Shown here: piece by piece, positions 12,593 to 25,549 of the stretch
Layout: each line of letters starts with the position of its first letter
How positions within the stretch are numbered: position 1 is the first letter of the stretch
From: Botryllus schlosseri
Taxonomy: Eukaryota
Assembly: GCA_051294905.1 (NCBI GenBank)
Contig: CM119371.1
Coordinates: 36,396,001 to 36,460,000 of the forward strand
Direction: 5' to 3'
DNA length: 64,000 nt
Made by a program: the position numbers and the translations under genes
The notes under the pieces: model-generated
What the model was told of the DNA's origin: nothing
Database searches by the model: none
What the model saw: the letters and a program-made list of their open reading frames with translations, nothing else

Positions 12593-15500
12593 ATCTAGAT
12601 ATTGAATTCCTTCGGTCACGGCCCTTACGAAATTTTAAACGCTCCCCGCGACCCGTTGGCGACCTCTGCTGTGTTCAGTACCGTTGCACTATCGCCGAAT
12701 CTTTGAATCAGAGGTGGCTGACGACAGTAAGCGTCTAAGAGTCATGTTTTACCACAGCGTATAGACTGGTGTACAAATTTTGGTAAGAAACATAGTTTGC
12801 ATCATTGCATGTAATTTTAGATTTCAAAAGTGACCAACGCCCGGATTTGCATACTTCTGCGAGTGGTAGCCTATATCTAGATATCCCTGATATATACAAG
12901 GCTAATGCTACTCCCAACTAATCCGGAATGGCCCCAAAGATTCTACGGTTCGAAATTAATCCATTACGATTGTCATGTAAGTTGTATTGACTCTGCATTA
13001 CGGTCAAGAAAATCAAATTATTCTATACGAGCGTATATTAATGTCTTTACAAATTATTGGATAATAAAAACAAATCATAAATTAGATAATTTATACAAAA
13101 AGGTATTGGAGTCAATGTGCACTATTAGTATAGCTGATCTGTCGATCAAGGACCTTCATGAAAATACACGAATTTCTGCAGAACCATTTTCCTAACAACA
13201 CTATGCGTATCATTTTTTTGCGTATCAGACTAAACATTACCTCATGTCACACTCGAATCCGTCTATATATAACGCTTGCTCGTATCGAAGGTATCACAGA
13301 GGGAACTTCTTCGTTTCGAGGTGAAATGGTCGAAAATCAGACGCCTGATTTTGATAAATTCCACATGATAAGGATATATGTACTGAAAGTAGGAGAGACT
13401 TACCCGAATACATCGATAATTCCATACTTCGTTACTGACCACCTCTGCTGAAATCCTATGAACGCAACGCGTACCTATAAGTATAGTTACGGAGCTGTTA
13501 TGCAAGATCTGTAAGCGCAAGTTACTAACCATATTGCACGATTCAAAGTCAGTTTCGATTTTTTAAAGTTACTGCGAAATATGAAATTCTTGCTGACGAT
13601 TAGTTTTTGGGCGATCTTATTTGCCGTGGCTGTGGGAAGGAGATCCGATTTGCTCTACATGTTGGGACGGTCGAAGAACCCGCATGGAGGTGGCAGCCTA
13701 GAAACTTCAAGCCCAAGTAAAGTATAGTAGTGTACATATTGAACGTCGAACCTGCTAGGTTACGAATAACAATTAATGTGCATGTTACATTGATGTCTGT
13801 CAATAAGATCATAAATTCATAATCTACAGCTCTAGTCTATTTATTCGTGCTGAATACACAATAACAAACCGACAATATAGCGCAATGGTGAAGCGTCCGC
13901 CGTCTTCGTCGGAAGGTCGTTCGTATAGAAAGCCATACAGGGGCATATCTGTACCGTCCTTTTCCAGTGGGATGTGCTCATCACGCAGTCATGATATGCA
14001 TAAATACAGATCGTGCTGTGTTTGCGACCATGGGTCGGTGTATCGGCCAAACTGATATTGTTGGTATGGTAGGTTCGAGCCCTTAATAGCCCCCCAAATA
14101 TAGGGAACGGAAAAATGGGCAAACAAACTGCAATCACCGGCGAGTTGACTGAAAAAAGTTCAACATTCTTGCTCGACCTCGAAATTGCACTTTTACAGCT
14201 TGATTTTCGTGAGTTGACTAAAAAAAGGCCATTTATCCGAATTGACTCCAATACAGCCGTTTCAATGCGCCATCTCCCCCTATCCGCCCTTCGTTATTTT
14301 CGCCCCCTATCGCCCCTTCGCTATTTTTGCCCCTGTAGACCGGCAAATCGCCCCCTGGGAGGCGATATCGCCCACGTTGGGAATATTGCCGTAAACCGTT
14401 TCCGGACCAAGTACTTTGCGGTGTCGGCGGAATGTCATTATATTACTTTCCATGGTAAATTACTACTAATGGTGGGATATCTGAAGCCATATTTTCGAAA
14501 ATACATAAAATTTCCGATTATAATATTGGTGTATGTTACTTTCGTATTGCGTGCTTTTCTTGAAATTTGCTCTATTGAACTGCGTCTTTCGTCTGCCCAA
14601 ATACTTCAATGATTGGGTCAGTCTACGTGCAACGTATCAACTCATAATCGGACCTGCGGTGCTCATTCACTTTCGGATCACAGTTACTGAAGATCGACCT
14701 CATGAGTTCGTATAAACGAGGGATCAGTGACCGTTTTATAGTGGATAGGGTGGCGTAAGAAACGAAAGACTCCTCATGTAATTGTGTCGTCACACACACA
14801 TTGACTTCGTCACAATAGTACCGCGACCAGTCACAATATGCGATAAAGATTCGACCCCCACCAAATCTTAAACTGCCACTACAATTTTCACCTTAGCTAC
14901 GATTATATGACTGATCTCTGAATTAAAAAGGGTTTCAAGGATAACATACATGTCCGCTGAGTTGACGAACTCTATGCATTACATGAAGCTTCTAATAGTA
15001 GATTTGACTAAAACAAGTATATCATAATGTCGAACAACTCAGAAGTTAGATGACATTGCAGATCGTGATCCGGTATATGCCTACACAACAGAATAATCGA
15101 TCCAAGAGTAATCACTAGCAACGTGAGCTCGCTGTCTCTGAATCGACAATCGACCATCGCATTTCCGACACGTACACACACGACTAAATTTTACTTTTAT
15201 CGTTTTCTTTCAAGTCATGTCGGGTTGTATTCAATTTACCCCGAGTAAAATCCGAGAGCAATGGGGCGAGTTCGAGTCGCTGTGTTGAGACTAAAATCAA
15301 CACCCGTTCTGTCGCCGTTTATGGTCGTGTAGCCCTCGAACAACAACAATTTAGGCAAACATGATCATCTGCATTCTCTCAGCATTGTCCCATTTTAAAT
15401 GTTAACGTATATGGATGCATTATGCCAGTATATGTATAACATGCAAATGGGAATTCGAATTCCTTAGTAGGAATCGCCCCTCGGAAGCAAACCAGCCACT

Positions 15501-16763
15501 AAATGCTTCCTACCCCTATTACATCATACAAAAAAGTTCACTGCAGTCCATTGGCGCATAGTAATTTCAGGTTGATCAATGGAGGCAATACAGTATCCGG
15601 TGAGTACAGATTGTAAGATAGATTTATGCAGCGGATGATTCGTACAAGGCAAAATGTCATCCAAATCATCGTAATTCGGCATGGTACGCTGAGCCGCTAG
15701 TCCCGTCCCTAATACACAAAGCCGCGTAGAAAATACTTTAAATGTTCTATTTCACTCTCGAACGGGCGATTTCACCCAGTTGTAAGCGGTTTATTTGTTA
15801 GAATTTTTTCGACGCGTATTTGCAACGTAAAGATGCATTCTTAATGTGCGATATTGATAACGATATTTTTTTCTCTCTCTTGTGTTCCAGGAAGACCTTA
15901 GAAGAGTCGGCAATGGTAATAATGGGAAAAGAGTAAAAGACATCAACGTTCAAATTGTACTACAATATATTCTCAGAATCCGCATTTGTCTTCACGGAAT
16001 CGTCCATATTTTAAAATAAACATTTTCCCATGAATTGTATCTCATACGGCGTGATTTAATTCCACTCATTGTCGCATTGCATCAGTATAGGTGATGATGA
16101 ATAGTGGGCGATCCGAACTACACGTGAGAAACCTATTTGCACACTGTCTGGTCGGGGAGCCGTCATATATTCAACATCAAAAATCAATTACAGAGAAAAG
16201 CGAGATAATGGAAAATGGAAGTGCGTAATCATTATGTCAAAATTTGAAATCAGCAAATCAGCAAATAGCCTCTATCCGGAAAATAGATCACGGTCTGATA
16301 AAATGGCAGCACCCTGGCTGTGGAGTAAAACCATTGTCACAGTTTCCGACTTGCCTTCCAAGACTTCGACGCAAATAAAGGCAGAAAACACACAAAAAGT
16401 AACCTACTATATCATTTTCGCTTGAGAATAAATCGATAATCGTTAGTACATTGCGCTTCGTGTTTCATTCACGCGGCATGTATTCTCAGCGAAGTCTAAA
16501 GATTCATCTTCGTGAATTAGTCAGAGTCGTGAGCATCACGAACAAGACAACCTTAGGTTTAGTTTTTGCCCAAACCTGACATTCTTTTGCACCAACGTCG
16601 ACTCCCAGGCTATACCTGCCACACGAATAAATATTATTAGATATGACGTGAATCCCTCTATTCATCCATCCTCGCGTCATCGGGGCACGTACCATATGAA
16701 AATAGGCCGAGAGTGAATGATTCTCGACCTTTTGAGTATTTATATAGTAGAGTTATACCACCG

Positions 16764-17747
16764 CAGTGTTGGGATGGAGTCGCTACCTTCGAGTCACGAG
16801 TCATCTCGAGTCATTGCACATTTTGACTCGAGTCAAGTCAAGTCAATCGATTTTCAAAGGGGACTCAAGTCAAGTCAAGTCACTCGTTTTTCGGAGGTGA
16901 CTCGAGTCAAGTCAAGTCAAGTCAAGTCACGAGTCAAGTCACAATTCAGGTCAAATTGAATTTTCGAAGTATGAGTACTCATTCAAATTCCTTATATTTT
17001 ACTAGTTCTTTTAAAGAGATCAATTGGTCATTTATCTTGAATCAAATAACGAATATAAAGGTAAATATACATGCAAAAATGCGTTGTATCGCTCACGTAC
17101 ACGTAGAACTGCTAATAAAATACATCAGTAACTGTATAGCTACATCAGGGGTCTCAAACATGCGACCCGCCAAATGATTTCATTCGGTCCGCGAGGAAAT
17201 TATGAGTACATGTTGAAAATTGCGTGATTTTATCCAAAACATTTCTCGAATTTTTAGTAAGAAATACTACTAATAAATATTCCTTCAAGATAGCAAATCT
17301 CGAGTATGTTTATAGGCCAAATTATAACCACCCGACAGCGGAGTTGTGATTGTAGTCATCGTCAGGAGAAAATCGCTGACATCGACACCCACTTCCGAAA
17401 ATTCGAAAAAGTGCATATATTGAGTTAAGAGTTAGTAATATTTTGGAATCATTTGACTGGTGCAGCCCGCGAGCGATCTGAACCTTTGAATTAGACCCGC
17501 GACGTCAGTTGAGTTTGACAACTCTGACTTACGTGATACATTCTCTTATTATCAGCCAAAATAGAGGATCGAATACGAAGCCTCGAGAAGATGAAAGAAA
17601 TTGATATCGTACAATACACTAGCCATCTGTATACATCCGTGAGAATATAAATGCTCTCACAAGTGACAACGGCGTATCGTGAATAATCCGAACATGCACA
17701 AAATGCATTGATTTAGTCAAGTCATGACTTGAAAAATCCCAACACTG
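16764..17747. mobile_element. hAT-type MITE (CAGTGTTGGGAT termini, GAGTCAAGTC repeats) with nested MITE 17146-17526
   Basis: TIR CAGTGTTGGGAT / ATCCCAACACTG. Absent from duplication copy 1. Same family as 55246-59648. Confidence 0.85.
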
Positions 17748-19106
17748 TCTTCATGTCGCCTGTAATATCGGGCTCGAATCTGTGCCATAACAGATTGCCT
17801 GGTGCTGCAGGTTTAGCTCGCGCAATGGTTTGGAGCAGGGGTCTCAGACTCAAAAGTGCTGGCGGGCGAATTATCTAGTTTTTGATAACGCCGCAGGCCT
17901 CAACATTTATCGACGTGTCGAATGTAGTTTCAAGAAGGCCTTGTTTGACAGGACGAAATTGTACGCTTGAAAGTCAGTCAACGGAGCTGACTGACATTAA
18001 ACACATATTGTGAAAATGGGATAATTTAATGTAGCAAATCACGCAGGAACAAAAAATAACCCGTGTAAATAGAAGAGTGGGCGTGGACCGGAGTCAGATC
18101 GGGTATTTAAAAAACAGGATCGAAGAAAGACTAGAGAATTTGTCGATGCGGTCCGCCCTATTGTATCGTCGAAACTCAAACCCAAAATAAAAGGTGCCGC
18201 GGCGGTGGTAGTATAACCCACTACGAAAAATTGATGCCAGTTGGGACCTTGACATTGGCGATTTTTTTAAATGCTTATTGCATTCTATTTCCACTTTGCT
18301 AGGTATATACTATAGGGCAGGGGTCGCCAACTCAAAAAGGGTCGCGGGCCACTTTTCAAATATCGTAGCGGTCGCGGGTCGCATGAATTCAATATCAGTA
18401 TGAAATAGGCTACACAGCTTAGCAACCACGATTTAAAACTTTATGTTAATATAACGCAGTGTTATCTAACATAGGCGATGGGGCGATTGGCATATTGTTA
18501 CCACAAAAGAAGTAATACTTTATCAAGGGATTACAAATACAACAAAAATCAAGATAATCAATATCATTTTTTTTTCTGACCTCTGAGCTGTGCACGATAT
18601 CTGACAACGCTTTTCAGCGACCGAGAAATAGATATTGAGGCGAGCGAGAGACGTAACTAGATTAAAGACCAACTCCACGTAAAGCTTGACTTTATGGCGA
18701 AGCCCTATAATCAGTGGTGGCTTTTGGGGTGGCCCCCCCTGGTCGAAGGGCCTCCCTCTTCGGTTTATGCGATTTTTTCAAGGATTATAGCAAATAAACG
18801 GGGAAATCCGTGTACCAATCAAGAATATGATTCCGTACATATGTGTTAATCATCATCAAATCTCTGCATTTGTTAGAAAAGTCCCATATCCCGATAATCA
18901 TCACGTCTCTGCATGCGTTAGAATTACTTAGTTTTGATGTATTCTATCCTTGCACACATGCAATAGATATGGCAATAGATATGCAATAGATATGGCCGAA
19001 TCCAGCACCCGGCTAAAACCCTTGACGTGGTGAAAGATACATAATAATAATAGACGAAAAAGGGGGGGCTGGGGGATGGAACCCCCAGAAGTTATGATAA
19101 CATACT

Positions 19107-19107
<1 letters not shown>

Positions 19108-19173
<66 letters not shown>

Positions 19174-19190
19174 GGGGAGAGAGAGAAGAG
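19108..19190. repeat. (GA)n microsatellite
   Basis: About 80 bp GA run; the paralogous site at ~5690 has a much shorter run. Confidence 0.95.
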
Positions 19191-20470
19191 TTGGTGCGAC
19201 TTACTGAAGTTAAACCACCGATATCACAGTTTACTTTTACCAATTACATTTCAACTGGTACTACGCAGAGAATTAACGGATGAATTATAAAATAATTGTA
19301 GAAGTCCTGTTCTAAATCATACCAATAATCAACATGTTCAGGGCCGACATTGGTGTTCAATGATTGACGTTTCTAAATTTAAATCTCAGGGCTGTAAAGA
19401 CTCGATTTGACTTGAGGCATTTTCTTAAACACGGAAAGCGACTCGACCCAACTTGTGTCAATCTATGTATTCATTGCGCATGACTGGAGACTAGGGCGGG
19501 CTAGACAGGTATTTCATTGTAATTTCGAACAATATTTAGGTTACCACACTAATGATTGTTTCTTGCTGTACATTTATTGTGGCTTCCATGTGCCATCAAC
19601 CAGATATGAGATGAGAGAAAAAGCGGTCACGAGTGATGCGGTCATGCACAGTTCGGTAAGACTTCTAAGACATGACTTCTTGCCTTGCTACTTTACGGGA
19701 AAGAATCATCATATTGCATACAATAATCCACATAACAATGAGATCTCGCCTAGTAGTAGTGGTACTTGAAAATGCAACCAGAAACCGTTAAAATTGCAAA
19801 ATCGTGGGCGAGCGTTGTGCCCGCATATTTCGCGGAATCTCACACAATATCGGGTAATCACATCGCGAGGTGCTGGACAGTCAGAGCGATTACCTGTGTC
19901 ATCGAATATTATATCTATATACGCATAATATCATCACTCATAATCTGTAATGACATCAGAATACACACATGTTCAGTTGTTCTCACACCGAATTGTTCGA
20001 CAGCTTCTTATTCACGCCTCAGTGACATCTTCTACAAGAACCTCCACGATACGTGCTTATAACTCACCATATGAATCGACAAGCATGGTGTTCATAAAAG
20101 ACAGTTTAAACCCGATATGTCAAGGATTTACTCATATATTAGCAGAGCAAGGACAAAAGTTTGGGAACTGCACGAGATTTGGTGTTGCAGAAATTAGTTT
20201 ACCAATGGCGGATCGTCTCCGATCCGTTGTGACGTCGTTAATTAATGTGACGTAACAAATACGTTCCAGTTAAAATGGTATGTTTATCGTTCAATTCAAC
20301 CAGGCCCAATGCGATATACTGGACCCAATACGGCCGTAAACCAAACTTTACGCTGATTGGTCGAGAGACAATGGCCATAGAAACGACGCAGCAACGGATG
20401 ACGCTACATCTACTTTCGAATTACATTTACGGTGGAAGCTATATAGACAATACTAGCTGCATTGAAGAGT

Positions 20471-21788
20471 ATGGCTACGGCTAATTTGGATGAAGTAATT
20501 TCTCTCTTCGGGCTCATGAAGTTTTTTGATGAGCAAAAAAATGCTTTCCGTAAGGGAGAAATCAAATATAAATCAGGCTTTGTCTCGCAAGTGAAACTTC
20601 GCTCCCTCGTTGTGACAGGAGTGGTAAGAGCTTCGATGAAGGATCGAAGCTATAACGTTGAGCTAACTGTGGACGGCCAGGGGAACATCAATAAAGGGAT
20701 TTGTGACTGCCCGAATGGGAATTATCTGTGCAGTCATATGACAGCAACTGCGATTTACTGCAACAGACAGGGTGCTTCCAAGACCGATCTCCCGAATTCC
20801 TGGCTCCAGAAACCAAAACAAGCTTTCACCGTGGTAAAAAGTTTTTCTGAAACTTTTCCTAAAAAAATCAGTTTTCTGCGATATCTCGCTCGGTGACAAG
20901 CGAAGATAGGAGTTTTTTGTGGGCGAGCCTTAGTGCCATTCATGCTGATTGTCCAATGCGTTGGATTGTTGGTCCTGAGCCTATAGATCAGAAAATCAAC
21001 CGACTCATTCAAAATGTCCTCCCTTAATTGAAGAATTGATTCCCCTATATTTGGAAGATAGAAACAAATTCATAGAAGCCAACAAAGTTAGCCATGTGCA
21101 AATTAGCTACCTTGCCAACAGGACATCAGAACAGAGAGAATGTGCAGAATGGGGGAAATACAGGGCTCTTCGACTGACAAGTAGCAATTTTGGTAGGGTT
21201 TTAGACTGCTTTGAGAGGAACAAGACGGCAGGTAGGCCTACTCCGTATCCACCATCTCTTTTCAGAACGCTTCAAGGCAGTACAGTATGAACAGGGATTC
21301 AATATTGTGGGGCTTATTGCTTATTGCACGAAGAAAGGGCTATTCAAGACTACTGCGGCATCACTCATGTGAATGTAGCAAAGATTGGTCTAGTACTTTT
21401 TCCATGTGGATATCTCGGTGCTTCACCTGATAGAGTGATTGTAGCTGAGCAGACCTCATCTGCAGTTGGTGTGCTTGAGGTAAAGTGCCCTTGGAAATAT
21501 CGTAACAACACAGTCCATGAGCTCATGCAATTTGAACTTGGTCAGAAGTTACAGAAAAAGAGTTTTTATTTGACTGCTGCTGGACAATTACAAGTGAATC
21601 ACTCATATTGGCATCAAATTCAGGCCCAAATGCATGCCACAAATTGTGACTGGGTACATTTTGTTGTTTGGACTACAAAGGATATACGGATTATTAAAGT
21701 ATCAAGAGACACTGACTGGAAGCAAAACATTCCAAAACTCCAGGAATTTTATCTGGATGTGATGCTAAGCCAACTACTCAAGTCATAA
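20471..21788 (+). pseudogene. SWIM zinc finger + YqaJ-like (lambda exonuclease family) nuclease of the ISL2EU element, frameshifted
   Basis: SWIM motif CDCPNGNYLCSH. YqaJ motifs QRECAEW..YRALRLTSSNFG, HEERA, YLGASPD, LEVKCP, YWHQIQAQM. Split over three ORFs. Confidence 0.88.
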
Positions 21789-21832
21789 ATCGAGCTCGCA
21801 TTTCTCTATTCTTTATTGCCAAAAAAATCAAT

Positions 21833-23462
21833 TTATAATTCGGAATTGAACTGGACTAACAGGCCTTTATCCTCAACAGAACTAGTTCCTGAATAGGTAT
21901 AATAAGGATCAAAAACTCCCTTAATTATCGGACTTTGGAGATTTACCAATGCAGCACAGGTCTGTACGATCTTGTCCGCATGTACTCTGTGAGGAGTGTA
22001 ATACATCCTAATATTCTGTAATTCCTCAGTCTCTCAATGGCGCGCTCAACGTGGATTCTGCACTTGGCTATGCGACTGGTATGGACTGCTTCTTCCTTTG
22101 TAAACTGCGATCTTCCTCTCAGGAATGATGGTATGTTGAGGTAAACATCCCTTGGCATAAGATCGTGAATCAGGAATCCTTTATCAGCTAGGATGAGATC
22201 CCCAGCCTGTAACAATATGGTTTAACGATGATTTTGTGTTGCACTACTTTTCCTTGATTCAAACTGATCAACTCACGAAATTATCAGCCATGGAAGCCAT
22301 ATATTAAATACATTAGCTCAAAATCCATTTCTAGCTTACATTGAGATTAGCATTATATATATACTCACGTTCAGCTGACCTATTATTCCAGATTGCGATG
22401 TTATCAGTTTATCTGATGTGTTGCCAGGATAACCATTGGAAACAAATGTAATAGAGCCATTTGGAGCAACTGCCAGAAGGTATTTTGCAGACAAAAAATG
22501 TTTGTAATTGCTGTACAGGGGAATGGCTGCGTTGAGATCTTGCCTGGGAGTTTCAATTCTAAACTCCGTGCAGTCAATTATTATACAGCAATGGGGGAAT
22601 TCATCAAACGACGATGGTAAAGTACAGCTGTTTTTTTTCTTTGAAGGAATTTGATCCATGCATCCAATGAAGAATATTTCGTGCATTGCGTGGAGGTAAG
22701 TAAGAAAAATATTCAAAGCTGTGGTGTGACTGGTGTTGAAACGGTTCCCGAGATCGTAGTAAGGTAGATTCAATTTTAGTCGAATCAGAAACAGCAAAAG
22801 TTGATCGTCTTCCGATATTGATACGACTCGTTTACCAGTCCAATAATTTGGAGGTTCAAAGCGACTTATTACTTTCATCACGATCAAAAATGTTCCACGA
22901 TTTATCCCTGTGTAATTTAGTATCTCCGTGTCCGTTAAATTTTTAAATCTAAAAATTTTTTCTCCAATCCTTCAATTCTTTTTCTCAAGTCCTTCAATCC
23001 TTCAGTCGATTCAGGTGATGGCTTTAAAGATTCCATTTCAATGCTACACGATGGGGATTCTAGATCAGGATCAGCAGATGACAATGTACGATTAGCATGT
23101 GCAGCATCCACAACATTGGCGGAAGACGGTTGACACGACATGGAGTTCAGGGTCCGCCTTTTTGCAATGCGCGTATCTTCTGCTTCACCACGAAGATTCG
23201 GACTAGGAATCGCACCTTTCTTTAGACGTGATTTACGAAACTGTATTGGTGTATCTGATACACTAGCAGCAAAATCTTCTTTGCATAAGTGGTAGGAGCA
23301 AATGAAGCTTATAGGAGTAGGCTTGAAGTCCTGCCTTCTTACTCTGCATTACCAAGCCTTCCTGCCATCTGCATCGGAAGGAAATGAATGGAAAGATCTG
23401 TTCTTCCCCAGTTCATTTCCATTGGTGGCAGTGCATTTATAAACACAGCAGTATTTGGGCAT
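21833..23462 (-). pseudogene. THAP domain + HTH + DDE (DDE_Tnp_4-type) transposase with one intron, disrupted
   Basis: MPKYCCVYKC...FHSFP...AW*...ICSYH..EDF (THAP, in-frame stop). IIDCTEF, YSNYK, GSITFVS..YPGNTSD, GDLILADKGF, RIHVERAIERL. GTGAG..TTACAG intron 22207-22368 joins GQLN|AGDL in frame. Additional frameshifts present. Confidence 0.9.
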
Positions 23463-23871
23463 TATATATTAGTATATGTTACTGAATATTTTATTTCCTT
23501 TCCTAATTATATTACTGATGAAGAAATAAACACACAGGCTAATTGTAATCTCGTCGTTTTTATACAGTCTACACGGCTAAAGGAATACATCGTAGTGCCA
23601 ACTAGGCTTAGGTAAATGCAGCGTCCTCCGTTGCTGCGTCGTTTCTATGGCTATTGTCTCTCGACCAATCAGCGTAAAGTTTGGTTCACGGCCGTATACG
23701 ATGAATAAATTTGAAAATCCGAAACGGCTGAATACACACTATCAGTCAATTATACGCTAAGCATACAACTTTGTCCCCTACATAGTATTTTTAGTAGGTC
23801 ATGGCACAATCGAGTACGTTAGGTTGCCTTGGTATTCACGGTGCTTGTCGAGTACCGATATTCTTCAATAA

Positions 23872-25298
23872 CACTGGTCAACACATATTTTTAGGCAGAC
23901 AAAGTAAGAGCGGTTTTGGGGGTTCTGAAGGGCACTGATTCCGAATATGACCTTAGTTTTTTCAAATTGGCTCTTGTTGTGGAGATAACCCATGGGGCTA
24001 TTTTACCCCAAATCTCCCATTTTCGCGGTAATTACTAGATAGAAAATCGCCTTAGTCGTACTATAAAGTTTAGAAATTCAATCTACTTGTTATTTTTACA
24101 CACAGAAGACTCTTTTAAATCAAAATACAGCAACAGCACTATATTTAGGTAAAATAGATTTATTATAGTTACAGACTTTCACAGATATCATGTACATAAA
24201 TAAACTCCAGTCATGTATATAAGTATTTACCTAGATACTCAAAACGTGGCAATAATTTAATCAGTTTTACGTCACCCACCTATGGTAAATTTGAAATAAT
24301 CAGTTGGAATTCAATATTATTGTTATATTTTAAATCATAATTGTTTTTTGTACGATTTTTTTCTGTAAGCTATTTGGTGCAGTTTCTCGAAAGGTTCCGG
24401 CAATGGTCTGACATAATATGTTCAATTGTTCATCTCATCTGCCCCGATGTCTTTCTTTTGTTATTCTGATGTCTTGGTAGAACCTCTCCCCTTGCTAATC
24501 AAGAAGATGATCAGGAAACATATCAAGATGACTGAACAGGAAGTGAACTTTTATGCTCATGTTTGTGCTCAAGTTTTCGATATACAGATACGAATTTTCG
24601 GACCAACTGTATGTAGTTGGGGGCTTTGTGATCATCTAAAAAGTTTTATTTACCACATCTTAGGACAAATTACATGCAGTGAACTCCTTGCTAATCTGAA
24701 ATTGGAATCTGTCATTGGTATTCCAATATACCAGATACAAGATTTAAGCTTCTCGTTTGATAGTGTTACTAGGTCTACCCACTTTGTTGACTCAGCGGAA
24801 AATTATCCATTTACCAGTCAAAAGAAATGAGACGCATATGAGTATTGTAGTTAAGCCTTTCAATGACAAATTTTATAGTTTTATACTCCTCTTTACTCTT
24901 AGTAGAATGACCAATTGATACAGGAAAATATGAATTTACGTTGTGCAAAAGTACGATTTTTAGGCTTGACAAACTGCTTTTTTGACAAACAAATATTTCG
25001 CATCATGTGATGTTAATGTTGATAGAATCACTGAGAATGACATGAGGATTTTTCAAAGTCAAATAGCTATTTATATGCGCAGTATAAAATTTAAAAAAAA
25101 CTACTATTTTCTTCCTACCAAGGGAAATATTTAAGGGTAAATACAGTAATTTAGGGCTTTTTTAGGGGTATAAATATCTTCTGACAGAGAGCCAATCTGA
25201 CAAAACTAATGTGATATTCGTAATCAGCAACCTCAAAAACCCCAGAAACGGCTCTCAGACGTTCTACCTATTTTTTTTTTTCATGTTGTTGACCAGTG
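23872..25298 (-). mobile_element. Chapaev3-like (CMC) DNA transposon, internally deleted
   Basis: TIR CACTGGTCAACA / TGTTGACCAGTG. 3-bp TSD TAA. Minus-strand remnants SLKIVLLHNVNSYFPVSIGHSTKSKEEY and a QGERF.QDI-like segment near 24470. Confidence 0.8.
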
Positions 25299-25549
25299 TA
25301 ATTATACCTATCTGCCGACTTGTAGCCCAGCCCACTTTATCGCAGGATACAGCTGCATCAACTAGATACCTGACTACGATGCAGCTAGCAAACACGCCAT
25401 AATTTCTTTTCTTATGATGAATATTTGTGATATTCAGTTGAACTCGTAATATTTCACATTTTGTGCATTAGATATACTATAGTGCGAAAGGACGTATGTT
25501 CTGATGTCATTGCAGTGCCTACAAAATGTTTCGATAGTTATGTTTAGAG

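Larger units (their letters stand above)
15431..20034 (+). repeat. Local segmental duplication, copy 2 (paralogous to 2407-6739)
   Basis: Same-orientation collinear match to copy 1. Carries its own insertions at 16764-17747 and about 18318-19180. Confidence 0.92.
20330..23695. mobile_element. ISL2EU-type (PIF/Harbinger-related) DNA transposon, full length, both genes disrupted
   Basis: About 80-bp TIRs (ACGGCCGTAAACCAAACTTTACGCTGATTGGTCGAGAGAC..., 20330-20409 / 23616-23695) flanked by AT on both sides. Convergent YqaJ-nuclease and THAP-DDE transposase genes. Confidence 0.9.

Noticed and set aside
14115..14612. 165-aa ORF
   Set aside because: Runs through MITE sequence also present at 30615-30780; no domain recognised.
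16775..16945. GAGTCAAGTC repeats as a CRISPR-like or coding repeat (ORF 16717-16959)
   Set aside because: They are subterminal repeats of a TIR element, with no regular unique spacers and no cas genes.
24426..24830. 134-aa + strand ORF
   Set aside because: Antisense to the Chapaev3-like transposase remnant.
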